A DNA stretch of 41,503 nucleotides from Octopus bimaculoides (lineage: Eukaryota). The stretch lies in contig NC_068989.1 in the NCBI RefSeq assembly GCF_001194135.2, forward strand, positions 9,056,781 to 9,098,283, given 5' to 3'. The position numbers and the translations under genes are program-made. This document shows, piece by piece, positions 1-13,565 of this stretch (its first letter is position 1; each line of letters begins with the position of its first letter). The notes beneath the pieces are model-generated. The model saw nothing but the letters and a program-made list of their open reading frames with translations, searched no databases and was not told the origin of the DNA.

Positions 1-42
<42 letters not shown>

Positions 43-142
43 AAATAAAGAAATATATATATATAAACGTGTATGTGTGTGTATGTATACATATGTATAC
101 ACACACATATACACTGACACATAAGTATGTATATATGCATAC

Positions 143-174
<32 letters not shown>

Positions 175-178
175 ATTA
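1..178. repeat. (TA)n/(TG)n/(TATG)n compound microsatellite
   Basis: Pure (AT)n at 1-38 followed by (GT)n and (GTAT)n runs. Confidence 0.95.
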
Positions 179-957
179 TGTGTAAGAGAGGGAAGGAGCA
201 TTCCTGCTGTGTTTAAACAGCAAACTTCAAACTTCAAGAACAGAAAAAATATGTATGAAAAGCATTTATGATATAACTTTTCGTGAGGCGCCATTCGAGT
301 TTTTATTTTACATAACTATGCTTTCTATCGTGTTTTTTCCCTCTACAATAGATTTGTGTTTTCCAATAGGCAGAATTGATTAATTTTATTAATCAATTCA
401 GTTTTTGTTTCAGAAATATCAAAATACACCAGCAGTTTATACACACACACACACACATACACACACGCAGTTAGTGCAATACTGCGATATTCAATGATTT
501 GGATCACAAAAAAAATCTTAAAATTCAGGATTTTGTTTTCACGTTCAGCCGATAGTGAAAATTGCTTGATAAGAATAAAAAAGGAATTTCAAATAGTTGC
601 TGACTGTGCAAAAACGAAATGAGAACAAAAAATTTTTCAACTCTTCTATATTTGAAAGGAAAAAAAAACGGACAACTAACAAAACATATTTTGTCAGTTT
701 ATTTATCAGATTCGTTGTGGTACGGTTAGATTTACCTAAATAGAATATGTTGTTCGACATATCCCGTTTCCTTTTTGTCATAGGATACACGTATGAATGT
801 CACAACTCGCCAATTCTTCTCTTCTAAAATGCAACGCCTTTTGTACAAAAGGAACGGTTTAAAGAGCGTCAGTAACTTACCTTTTAAATATATTTTTCCT
901 TATTATGAAGTATTGGTTATTCGTTTCCAATAGGTTAAAAATAGTGAATGGGATTGT

Positions 958-1105
958 TTGGAAGAATTGGTAGTACAGCACACAAAATGCCAAATGGTAT
1001 TTATTTACGCCTCTTAACGTTTTGATTTCGAATCTTAACAAGGCCTACTTAGTCTTTGATCCTTCAGGAGTCGATAAAATAAATACCAGTTATGAACTAT
1101 GGTGT
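958..1105 (+). mobile_element. Degenerate tRNA-derived SINE, family A
   Basis: gtctttgatccttcaggagtcgataaaataaataccag matches the family A core (gcctttcatcctttcggggtcgataaattaagtaccag) seen in younger copies at 8459-8849 and 23880-24090. Confidence 0.6.
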
Positions 1106-2807
1106 TCTTTATTGACCCTAAAATATTCCCCGCTAAAATTTTTGAAGTAAATACGGTTAAAACCGTGAGGATTGTAGAAGATGAGATAAAGTTCATAGAG
1201 AACCAAAGAGGACTGAGGTGTTTTTATTCTCAATTTCACCTTGCTAACACTCTTAAGAAAGAGGCATTTTAATTACGATATTTTTTTTTTACTTACCTAC
1301 CTCCATTGAATTAAGCTAAGGTATACTGATAGATTTTCATCAAACCAAGTATGGTTAAAATATTTACAGCAACTTCGATGATATTGATTTCTTTGCCAGG
1401 TACAAGATCAATTTTTAAAAATAACATATTTGATGGCATAAAAGACACGTGGGCATATAAGACGCACTCCAATTTCAGCAGCGCATATTCCGGAAAATGA
1501 TTTTGATGCATTAGATCATATAGGACCCAGGGCAGGATTTTGAGACATATTTTGGCGGGGGTGAGGATGCGTCTTACATGCCATTAAATGCAGTATTAGA
1601 ATTTAAATGATATCAGTTTTAAAAATTGCCCTCCATAAGGGAGAGACAAACCGGAAGTGTAATAGATAATTGCATGTCTTTTCCAAACATCTATTGACGT
1701 AAATGATCGAATTTTTTTATTGCTGTTGTTGTTGTTGTTGCTGTTGTTTAGCCACAAGCCCACTCTGATCAGTAGCATTCCAGCAATGACTATCCCATCT
1801 TATTAGGTATATACTGGACAAAATTACGTAATGTGTCAGTTCCTTTTGTAATACGTAGGATGTGTTTTGAGGGAGATTTCTAGCGAGTTGAGAAACCACG
1901 TCGAGGTTTCCTCGTTGTCTCGGCTTAACGGAGTATACTTCTTTTGTCCATGTAGTTCGCCCTATTTTCAAACAGAATACGTTAAAGATCTCTTAAATAA
2001 GAAAATGCTGAATCAAGTATAAAGAAATTCTATTTTGAAGTCCTGTTTCTGAAGACATATCCAGGAATAAAATTACCTAAGAGAGCAAAAAGCGAACAAC
2101 CAATTCTTTCTTCTTTTCTTGTTGAGAGAAGATAGCATTTTAATTAAGATAGTTTTAGTATATTTTTAACTTAGTTTCTCCGTAGAATTAAGCTAAGATA
2201 CACCAATAGATTTTGAAGTATAAAACAAATGTAAAAATAACAAGAAAGCTATCGAAGAAAGAGTACTGTTGACACTGAAATAAAAACTGGCTGCGTGACA
2301 CAACTTAAAATAACTCTGATTCACGTGTAGCTAAGGCGAAAGTATCTGGCTGTAAAAGTGAAGGATGCAATTTAATAAATCGTTAAATATATGTTTAGCC
2401 GCAGCTAGGTAAATTATTGGTAGTTAGGAAATAGCCATTGCGCTGCTTGTATGTATGTTAATTTGTAATATCAGCGCTTGTGACACTAATGGTAGGGTGG
2501 AAGCAACAGGCGAGTTTGAAATAGCCAACTACTTATAAATTAGATGTTTTCTTTGTTTTTGATTTTTCCATGACATTTTCTAGTCATCTATCCCAACTCC
2601 CTATTAAATAAATATGATGTGTGTGTGTGTGTCTGTGTGTACGTGTGCGTGTGTGCGTGTGCGCGTCCATATGTATACGCGCCTGTGCGCATGCAGGTTG
2701 GTAAAACGTAAATGAATTCTCATCCTTATTTTCGAGATTGTTTCAGCTGAAAGAGAAGTCTGGTATTACGTGCCAACATCCCAAAATCTATTAATGCATT
2801 TCAAGAT

Positions 2808-2973
2808 GTATGTATGTACGTATGTATGTATGTATGCATGCATGCATGCATGCATGTATGTATGTTTTTGTGTGTGTGCATGCATATATGTCTGTGTGTA
2901 TGTATGTATTTATGCCTGTATATACATACATACATACAGACAGACATACATACATACAGACAGACAGACAGAC

Positions 2974-3007
<34 letters not shown>

Positions 3008-3080
3008 GTAGGTAGGTAGGTAGGTAGGTAGGTAGGTAGGTAGGTAGGTGGGTAGGTAGGTAGGTACATAAGTAGGTAGG

Positions 3081-3121
<41 letters not shown>

Positions 3122-3122
3122 T
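2808..3122. repeat. Compound tetranucleotide microsatellite (GTAT)n-(ACAT)n-(ACAG)n-(GATA)n-(GGTA)n-(GATA)n
   Basis: Successive 4-mer runs, each one substitution from the next. Explains ORFs 2770-2979, 2791-3069 and 2910-3146. Confidence 0.95.
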
Positions 3123-3589
3123 GATTGCCAAGCTGTCCCTTGTCATCTTATATTTGCAATATCTTCGTATTAAGAAAAAGAAACACGGGTTTTGTAAACC
3201 AGCCGAGGATCGGACTAAAAACGTACTTGACCATTGACGTTACGTTGTTTTCCATGCTGGTTTCAATTCCTGTTGAAGTTAACTTTGTCTTTCATAAAAT
3301 AAGTACCAAGAGTATATTTTTACGTTGATTTAATCTGCAGAGCCATATTGATCGAAAAGGGCAATATCGATTGTGCAGAACTCTATGATGAAAGCCATTC
3401 TGAATACCCCTATATATATATATATATATATATATATTCTTATTACATAAATCACTGAAATTACGAATAATAAATCTTGTGGCCAAATAAAAATAGAAAT
3501 ATTATGCACGCAAATTCAAGGACAGATTTTTCGGCGAGGTAACACTAAAAAATTGATGTTTCATATTAGCTCAATGTTGAAAATTGTAA

Positions 3590-3662
3590 GAGAGGGGGGT
3601 GAGAAGAGGGGAGGGAGAGAAGGGGGAGAAGGGGAGGGGGAGAGAAGGGAGGAGGAGGTGGA
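3590..3662 (+). repeat. Polypurine G/A tract (G-quadruplex/triplex-prone)
   Basis: About 70 nt of almost pure G/A with many GGG+ runs. Confidence 0.8.
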
Positions 3663-4619
3663 GACATAATTGATTGCATCGCTCTTACCCCCCATCAAAA
3701 CAAAAAAGCTTTCTTAAAAGAAATCATCTAACCAACTATGAGTCCACAAAGTAGCCTTTACGTGATCACTCAACCTGCAAGAAATAGTCTCCAGATCTCC
3801 CTCATCGCACGTTGTCATTTTCTTTAAGGAGAGTGAATATTTGATTCTGTGGTTCTGATTTCCACCAAAAAAGATGGTAAGGTCGTACTTGGGATGTCTT
3901 TTGATCATAGCTCCGCTCGATCAGCGTTGACCTAGGGCTAAACTTGCGACAACAGCAACAAAAAGTTCACACGTAGCAAGTAGAGTTCACATCTGGCGGA
4001 AATGATCGCCGCTAACAGCAATATAAAATACCAGACAAATTGAAACAAAACTATAAATAACCGTGAAACCAACTTCAATACGAACCATTGAAATGGCTTC
4101 TACGCAGTTGTGCGACTCAGTATAAAGTAGCCAAATCTACCAGACTTGAAAAGAAAAAAGAAAAGAAAATTAGCTCTAGGATCGATTTGATTGGCCGAAG
4201 CCTTCAAGGTGGTACCCTAAGCATGGCTGCAGTCTTGCAGCTGAAACAAGAGACGAGTAAAAGAATTTCTTTTCTACATATAAAACGTTTATTGTAAAGG
4301 ACTGGTCAACTACTGGTTCGAGAAATATTTAGATTATACATGGTGCTTACGTCTCATTGTGTGTTTAAGCCGTGCACTTGAATCTACATAACTCAGTTAA
4401 CATAGCATTAGGCCGGTGTGTTTTTTCATTCAAGAGAAGATAACTCTTCTCTCATCCTGTTAATGGCATGAGATTTGTGCTAAGCACAAGTTTCATGCTC
4501 TTAAAAACCTACTGTTAAACACAAATTTCCTGAGGTTTATTAACTTCACAAGACTTATTAACCTCATGAAGCATATGAACTCTGTAAAACTACTGAATAT
4601 ATTTAAATCTCATATGACC

Positions 4620-4925
4620 ATGCTGGTGCAGTGACGTAACACGAGTGTGTGTTACTCGGGGCAGCTCCTGAGTGTGCCGCGTCTCCCCCAACCCACCTCG
4701 ACACGGTCCTCCAAGCGTATGCAGGCTGATACAGCACATCCAAAAGTGGCACACGCATAAAAGCGTCGCACGGGGCAGACCGCCTCTCTACCCTTGCTCC
4801 TCACCGTCTTCCCTCTCATACCTTCTCCCCTTCGACCCTTTTCCCCCTGTCCCCTTACCCCACTACCCCCTCGCCGTCTTTGACTCTTCGCCACTCTCCA
4901 CCCCGCTAGGCTACCGTGCTGGTTG
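4620..4925. promoter_or_regulatory. Candidate promoter/enhancer: CpG- and GC-rich patch
   Basis: Local GC and CpG far above background, CRE-like GTGACGTAA at ~4630, and a C-rich tract at 4827-4870 (G4 motif on the minus strand). No TSS evidence available. Confidence 0.4.
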
Positions 4926-5555
4926 TACATATTCATTCACAGACACTACTTTCAATTCATACAGTACAAACACAAAATAACTCCCACCTCCTTAGGAAAG
5001 AGAGATAGAGAGACAGAGAGGGACATACAGACAGACAGAGAGAGAGAGACAAGCAGAGAAAACACAGCAACTGGTGGCGTATGAACTCATGATCTTCCAA
5101 CCAAGAGACTGGCACATTATACATCAAGAACTTTTTACTACGCCTCAGCCACAAAAGCTAAAAAGAAAACGCAAACTAATAAATTCAATTTCTGTAAACT
5201 TGTGTAATAAATTCTCTATGCTGTCTTTAATTTCAATATAATTACTAAGCATTCAGGAAGTTTTCCTTGTGTTGATGTATTGTGGTGTATTGATTGTGGC
5301 TCTGGTTTATTATCATTATTTTTTATATATGATTTCTTTTATCTTTTACAACGAAAAAAAAAATGTATTAATAAGTTCTAAACAATGTGAGAATATATTC
5401 TTTGATAAATGTTGCATGATGATCCACTTGCAAAGGGTGAGAAGTAACATCAAACATCTTGAATAATAAATGTTGTTACTGTATACACTTATGTGCCTTT
5501 CTGTATGAATGTGTTTGTATACACGCGTGTGGTATGTGTGTACTATTATTACTAC

Positions 5556-5586
<31 letters not shown>

Positions 5587-5719
5587 CACAAATATATACA
5601 CAAGCAAAAATATATACACATAGAGTGAGTGATCCTTTCTGCAAATGTATTCAATTGCGTTTCAATATAATTTCCTGTAAAGCTACATGCATACGCTTAA
5701 CATGTAGCTTGCACATACA

Positions 5720-5897
5720 TACGTACATACATACCATACATACATGCATACATACATACATACATGCATACATACATACATACACACTTGTAAAATCATT
5801 CACCAAATTGAGTATATATATATAAATTGATGTGTGTATATACATATATAAATATGCATATATATGGATGTATAATGCAAAATTATATACATTTATG

Positions 5898-5936
<39 letters not shown>

Positions 5937-5997
5937 TGGTGTATGTACATTTATAAATATGCATATATATATATAGATGTATAATGTAAAAGTATAT

Positions 5998-6036
<39 letters not shown>
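5720..6036. repeat. (TACA)n/(TA)n/(TG)n microsatellite cluster ending at a gap
   Basis: Seen directly in sequence. Confidence 0.95.
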
Positions 6037-6284
6037 NNNNNNNNNNNNNNNNNNNNNNNNNNNNNNNNNNNNNNNNNNNNNNNNNNNNNNNNNNNNNNNN
6101 NNNNNNNNNNNNNNNNNNNNNNNNNNNNNNNNNNNNNNNNNNNNNNNNNNNNNNNNNNNNNNNNNNNNNNNNNNNNNNNNNNNNNNNNNNNNNNNNNNNN
6201 NNNNNNNNNNNNNNNNNNNNNNNNNNNNNNNNNNNNNNNNNNNNNNNNNNNNNNNNNNNNNNNNNNNNNNNNNNNNNNNNNNNN
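6037..6284. other. Assembly gap (N run)
   Basis: Run of N bordered by (TG)n. Confidence 0.99.
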
Positions 6285-6974
6285 ATACTCTTCTTATCAA
6301 ACAGAGTGGAGCCGAATGTTTTCAGTATTGATACCAACGGATGAGTGTTTATAGTGGAAAGGAGATATACCATGGCAACTAATATCAGGATAGGGGTTCA
6401 AATAAAAGAAAAGCTGCAAAGATTAGACGAAAATTCCTTCACAGTGTTTTTTCCCTGTATCTCTTCCTCGAGTAATAATTTAATTCAATGTGCAAAGCGT
6501 TGTGGTGTAGCAGCAAATGTCTGGTGAACCAAAACTGATAGCCATTTCATTTCATTTCATTTCAGTTCTCTTTGGCTGTTAAAACACTTCAGAAAGGCAT
6601 GAACATCATATAATCTCATTTCTTATCATCTATAAATCTTGAAACCTTGAGACGAAGCTATGGAGGAAAAAAAAAATCAATAATCTAAAGAAAAGAAAAT
6701 CCTTTGTTCTTTATAGAAATTGTGGCAACTTAGCTTATTCAAGCATCTAAAAGTACTTTTAAAAGAGAAGGCCTACATTTTCTTTGCAGCGATAAATGCT
6801 TTCTTCTCATATTTTCTAACGAAGCGGATAGTTTTTAGTCATTTACATTTCAGTAAATTTAGTATGACCTAATAAAGGAGCATAAAAATGCATTAAATAT
6901 GCAAAAATTTTAATTACATTCACTGGGGAAAAGTAATTATGAAAACTAGGATGCAAATTAAATATAACTAGCAC

Positions 6975-7008
<34 letters not shown>

Positions 7009-8458
7009 CATGTTTGTAAAATCAAAATGTTGAACAACTGAAAGTGGTCAGCAGCAAATGGAAGACGTCCATGTTTTTAAACTGAAAGGAATTATTCTGT
7101 AGAGGCAGTGTCAATGTAGAGATTAAGTGCTAGCAAGAGAGATGGAATGGAAAAAGCTTATCTATAGTTGTCGATGAAGGCTAAGAAGGAGTGAGAGGCA
7201 GAAAGCAGATATACTTCTGTTCAAATTGGCAAAAGAATGAGGAGTCACCTGATGAGTCATTTGATTTGCCAAAATAATACATGGGAAAACGATGAAACTA
7301 AGATGTCGTCTGCATAAGGTCTTTACGTAAGTACTTAAATTGCATGGAAAATATCAACCAATTAGAATCAATTTGAAACAGAAGTAACAACGACTAAATG
7401 ATAGTGTAAAGATACTTGTAGGAGTGGACTATACAGATAGTGAATTGGTAAAAAAAAGGACCAACGGAAAATAGCATGTAAGTATACGCACGTGGGAGTC
7501 TGCATGATATGTGCATAAAATGCAAGTGAGTCTTCTTCGTGTGCACACTCACTGAAAATGAAGCATGCATCTGTGTACATGAACGTGTACATTGCTAAAG
7601 GATTAGCACGATTGGCTATCATGCAAGTAAGTCTACAGAAAATAAAGATTGCATGAGCCTTCGTACAAGTGATTCTGCAAGTGAGGTAAAACAAACAACA
7701 ATATAACATTTTGCAAAATTACATATATCGTGTGCTTTCGAATCACTACGTGCAGTAAATGAATGATGAGTTGAGAACTAAAGTACAAATTGCGAGGCGT
7801 AGAAAGTCAGTTGCATAATTAAATTGTCGCATGTATTGTGCTTGTATTCATGTTAACGGAATGCGTGTATGCGTGTAAAAGTAAAACAAAGAATACATAA
7901 TAAATCAACCCGGGGGAAAAAGAAATACAGAGAGAAAAATTTCTGCTGGTGATTGACTAAGAAATATTCTTGTTTAAAACAGTTAAAAATTTGAGATCGT
8001 TAATTACAATTTCAACAAAAAAGAAAACATGATCTATTACTATACTTGGAGGAATTATTGGAACATACAAACAGTCCAAGACAGTTTGTTTACACAAACA
8101 AAGAATTACAGCAGTATTTTGACTGGTTTATGAGTTATTTTTTTCTCCAATTCTGTAGAGAGATGATGGTATCACAGCTGTCATGTTTCTGTATTTCAAA
8201 AGTTAGTCACATGCTGCAGGAAATGATAGTAACTGCCGTGCCAGTGGTGTTCTATGTTCTTTACCACTGATAATTGCTGTTATCGTTACTGATTACTTTT
8301 AGTTTAGGCCATGACAAGACGGTAACAGAGGAGAAAGTGTAGCCTCTGACGTTTAGGCGTGTGTCAGAAATGGATCCAAACTGTGGAAAACAGTGAGTTG
8401 GCTTACACACACACAGACAAACATGCACATACATATACACAAATTTGTGCTTATATAC

Positions 8459-8849
8459 TATTTCTTTATTGCTCTGGGGAAAAACAAGTACAGACAAAGG
8501 GATTAAGTCGATTACATCGACCCAGTGCATAGCTGGTACTTAATTTATCGACCCCGAAAGGATGAAAGGCAAAGTCGACCTCGGCGGAATTTGAATTCAG
8601 AACGTAACGGCAGACGAAATACCTATTTCTGTATTGCCCACAAGAGGCTAAACATAGAGGGGACAAACAAGTACAGACAAAGGGATTAAGTCGATTACAT
8701 CGACCCAGTATATAGCTGGTACTTAATTTATCGACCCCGAAAGGATGAAAGGCAAAGTCGACCTCGGCGGAATTTGAACTCAGAACGTAACGGCAGACGA
8801 AATACCGCTAAGCATTTCGCCCGGCCTGCTAACGCTTCTGCCAGCTCGC
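8459..8849 (-). mobile_element. Family A SINE head-to-tail dimer with one 11-bp TSD
   Basis: Minus-strand tRNA-like head (A-box-like TGGCAGAAGCGTTAG, B-box GTTCAAATTCC). The core ...tcgaccccgaaaggatgaaaggcaaagtcgacctcggcgg... occurs twice. TSD tgcttatatac at 8448-8458 and 8850-8860. Confidence 0.92.
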
Positions 8850-9092
8850 TGCTTATATACGTTCCGCAGTTCTCCGAAGAGTGCTTTTAATAGCCGAAAC
8901 AACGTGGATGAGGTAGAAAAAGCTAATACACACACTAAATGTGGATGCATTGTTAGATTACTGAATACTACTAACGGTATATGTGTGCTCTTCGCAACAT
9001 GTATCTGTGTGAGAGATTCTCTCTGGACTAATACCACATTGAAGAGGATATTACTACCGCCATTTGGTAGTAATATTGCTTTCATCGCTAAG

Positions 9093-9189
<97 letters not shown>

Positions 9190-9202
9190 TGTGTGTGTGT
9201 GC
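9093..9202. repeat. Long (GT)n microsatellite
   Basis: About 110 nt of near-perfect GT repeat. Confidence 0.97.
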
Positions 9203-10388
9203 GCGAGAGAAAAAGTCATAAATTAGATTGGTTCTGTAGTAGATAATCTAATTTTCATATTTGCGTTTTTCATTTCAGTAAACAGAATCTATTTTAAATA
9301 CAGCTCAGCATAACTCAGAAAAATAAGAAGCAAATTTAAATATTGCGAGACTTCGCTTCCAATCTGAGACATTCACATAGCCATGGACGCCTTTGTGTTT
9401 CTTGGTTATCACATGCTGTATCTTACCCTATCGTAGATCACAATTCTGATCGCCATGTTGCTATAAGGCAATTTAATTTTTTAGTTGAATCATTCGCTTG
9501 ACATCTGTCAAGGAGCTGAACTTCCCCGGTAACAACACTAAAAAGAATTGTTTCTCATTTAGCCGCCCTAAACCAAGCATCACATTAAGCTGAGAAGTAT
9601 TTTGGCCATGTCTATTTCTACATGTTTCTCACCTACTCCAATGCTATTTGTTATTTGCTAGCGAATAAATGGCTCTAAATTATAATGTTAACATAATTAA
9701 CTTATTTTGTACAATATTGAATTACTCCAGTTTGGTTTATCTTAATGCAAAACACATTCTACTTGAACAAATCACAATATTACCTTTACTCTTTCATTTC
9801 TCCGGGCCAATTTTCATAATAATTTTTCTACAATACTAATTATCTAAGCGACTTTTTGACAAAAATATGTGTGCACGCTTTATACAAAACTTTAATCAAT
9901 ATATATATTCGTAATTATTATTGATATATATATTTTTTCTTTGTAAATACGAGTGCACGAACGCGTCTATAAAAATTTATTATGATTTATGTCGTAAATA
10001 AAGATCTAAAGTATTCTATATTTGAAATTTATTTTCAAACATGTCCTCACAAACTATGTTTTATCTATGATTACTGAATTACACCAACAGTATCTGAAGA
10101 GGTCTATTTTTGTTGGTCTGTAGGAAACAGAAAGAAAATTGTATTTAATCAATTTTCCTACTATATCGAAGACGATTTCTTTTAATTTCCTATATACACA
10201 AATTCATTTATATATATATATATATATATATTACACAATATTGTATGTATGTGTACCCTCCCAGCAGTATACTGGATAGATACTATCTCTTAGTGGGTTG
10301 TACCCCCCAACCACTAACTCTCTCACGTTATATATATATATATATATATTCATACATGCATACATATTTACATATATATATATATATA

Positions 10389-10450
<62 letters not shown>

Positions 10451-12126
10451 CACACACACTATAAGAAAGATTGAAAAATGTATATATCACAAATCTTAAG
10501 AATGGTATACAATGTATTTTCCAGCCTCGGTCAGTATTATATTGATACTATTGATTGAAGGTATGAATCCTTCCTTAGAACATATTTTGGTGGTAAGCAG
10601 GTTGTCCTTGCAAAGTATACAGAGCGGCACAACTAACATTTCAATACCATTGTTGATGCACTAGCATAAAATACAACAGTGTCAATACGATGAGAATCAG
10701 CACCAGACTGCATTCTTTTGCATTCCATAAGGCACCCCCCCCCCAAAAAAAATGCAACTCAGGAGGACAATGAAAGGGGTACCAAGATCTAGATATCTAA
10801 ACAACGCTATTGATTGACGCGTGCAAGTTTATTTTGGGAAAATGCTCGTGTTCTGAAGCCATATTGAAGGAAGTTCCAACATTTTGTCAAGGTCTATCTT
10901 GACAAAAAATTGTTTTCATAATTAAGCTGACGGTGTCTAGGAAAGGCCACATAGAGTGTGTAGTGAAAGAAACTGGTAACTAATTTACAAACGTTCTACG
11001 AAGTCATGTGGCGCACGAGGATGGCAATATACCGGGTACGGCATATGCATTTATGTATTATTTAAACATAATAATTCACCTGTTATTCAAATATAAATTG
11101 AAACATTCGTATTCCCCCAAATAGTTGCAAATGTTGTATAACACGTCCTAATATTCTTTTGTCTTATTGTTTACCCTTAATTAAATATGGCTTCTCAAAC
11201 GAAACTTGAACAAATCGTAGCATTGATAATAATGGTTGGTAAAAAGAATTGTGAAGTGATAAAACAGTTAATAAAAGAATAAAGATTATGATGAAAGGAA
11301 AGGGGGAGCCATTTTGAATTTCAAATATATGTAAAACATTGTCAATGAATCTAACAATCGACCTGTAAATTTTCATAAACGAAAAGCTAAGATTTTTATT
11401 TCATAATAAAATAAATAATTGGTAAATTTATACGCGGTACCTGGTACAGTGCTGTTTGAAAAGATGGAACATTGTGGGTTTGGGTGTGAGTCGTTTGAGC
11501 ACAGCCATTTTTGTGCTGTCTATTTTACGTCGATAATTCGACGCTGCTTTGTTTGACATCAGTCGTTTTAACGTTTTAATGTTCCTCTCGTTCTCTACCC
11601 CGCCCACCGCCGCCACCACCGCCGCCACCAACGCCGCCACCACCACCTATGCGTCTATGTATCTATCTATGTGTGAGCGTTTTTCTCTTGATGTCTGTTT
11701 ATGTTACTCATGTTCATTTAGTAAATTGTAATGCTCTCATTCTATCTGTATGCGTATATTTGTGTGTGTGTACATGGGGGGGGCGTATATGTGTGTGCGT
11801 GCGTGCGTATGCGTGTGAGTGCGTGTATATGCATGCGTGCGTGTCTGTGTATGTGTGTGCATGTGTGTGTATGTGTGTGTAGGCGCGCGCGTCCGATGCC
11901 AAAAACGTACTGCTGCCAAAACAGGCTGAATATCCAGTCAGCCGTGTCCAAATCGTCTGCACCCAAACAGCTGCGCCAAATCGTCTCATAGCGCGCGGAG
12001 TGTATAGGTACATTCACAGTGTGTTACCAGGCTAATATCAAGCTTAGCAATGATTGCACAGCAGAGATATGTGAACTACAAAGAGGAACAGATAATGGTT
12101 CTTCGTGAATATAACTGAGTTGTGCG

Positions 12127-12201
12127 AAGGAAAGTTGACAGTAAACAGTAAAAGTTGACAAAGGAAAGTTGACAGTACAAAGGAAAGTTGACAGTAAACA
12201 G
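12127..12201 (+). repeat. Short minisatellite, 4 copies of AAAGTTGACA
   Basis: Units aaggaaagttgacagtaaacagt / aaaagttgaca / aaggaaagttgacagtaca / aaggaaagttgacagtaaacag. Confidence 0.85.
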
Positions 12202-12304
12202 AAAATCCTCAGCAAAGAATGAAACGAAAGAGTCTCAGAATACAAGCTGCATGATGGGAATGTCTAAAAGCACAAGGTAAATATATACAAAGAGTTTCTA
12301 ATTT

Positions 12305-12507
12305 AGGCAGACGACCAGAAATTTTGAGGTGAGGTGGTGGAATTAGTTGAATATAACGGCCCAGTACTTGAGTAGTGCTTTATTTAATCACCCCACGAAA
12401 GGATGAAAGGTAAAGTTAATCGTAGTAGGATTTGAACGCAGAAGGTAAAAGATCAGAACAACTACTCCGAAGCAACTTTTTTCCGACGCTCGAACAAATC
12501 AGTCAAT
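12305..12507 (-). mobile_element. Old, degenerate family A SINE
   Basis: cgaaaggatgaaaggtaaagtt...atttgaacgcagaa core with the expected upstream tail. Confidence 0.75.
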
Positions 12508-12515
12508 CCATTAGC

Positions 12516-12574
<59 letters not shown>

Positions 12575-12787
12575 CCTTTCTGTTATGGGCACAAGGGTTG
12601 GAATTTGCGGGGAAGGAACGAGTCGATTATATCGACCCTGATATTGCGCTGATACTTTATTTATCGACCCCGAAAGGATGAAAGGCAAAGTCGACCTTGG
12701 TGCAATTTGAACTCAGAACGTGAGAACGGACGAAATGCCGCTAAGCATCTTATCCGGCGCGCTAACGATTCTGTCAATTAGCCGCCT
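12575..12787 (-). mobile_element. Family A SINE inserted into an (AAT)n tract
   Basis: Full head, core and tail; (AAT)n on both sides (12517-12574 and 12792-12855). Confidence 0.9.
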
Positions 12788-12790
12788 TAA

Positions 12791-12856
<66 letters not shown>

Positions 12857-12957
12857 GACAAGAACCAGTATCTAGACATATATGCTTCAGGAAAAAAACA
12901 CAGATAATACATGACATAACAACGATCCATCTATTAATACATACATCAATACACATA

Positions 12958-13027
<70 letters not shown>

Positions 13028-13139
13028 CTTTCTCTCTCAAACATCTGAATTTATTCTATTTAATAGGTTACAAATACCACCAACGTAGATACATCCTAAA
13101 TAAAAAGGAAAAAAATGGTTGGGGCGGTTTTCGGTGTGT

Positions 13140-13500
13140 GTGTGTGTGTGTGTGGTTAGCTAAATGTATGTGGACACATGTATGTATGTACAAGTGTATA
13201 TGTGTACGTACGTATAAATTTTTGATGTACTGTTGTTACATGAACATAACTATATACACATTCGATCATACATATATGAACATATATGTACATCTAATGT
13301 ACTTATACGTGTGTATTTGTTGTGTACACATGGGTGCACACATGTACATATATATGTTCAACCTTACATATCCACCAACACACACACACACACACATATA
13401 TACACTCACATGTGTGTTTATATTTGAATGGGCGTGAGCTCCCACTGAGGCACCAATAGAAAGCGTTACTATATGCCATTATTCATACACACTAAATATT

Positions 13501-13565
<65 letters not shown>

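Noticed and set aside
1308-2214. 30-bp direct repeat gaattaagctaag...gatagatttt (1308-1337 and 2185-2214, 26/30)
   Set aside because: Short and probably two remnants of an old dispersed repeat; no further structure is visible.
8370-8400. ATG GAT CCA AAC TGT GGA AAA CA|gtgagt (MDPNC..., metallothionein-like start)
   Set aside because: Only five residues match, and no downstream Cys-rich exon is visible.
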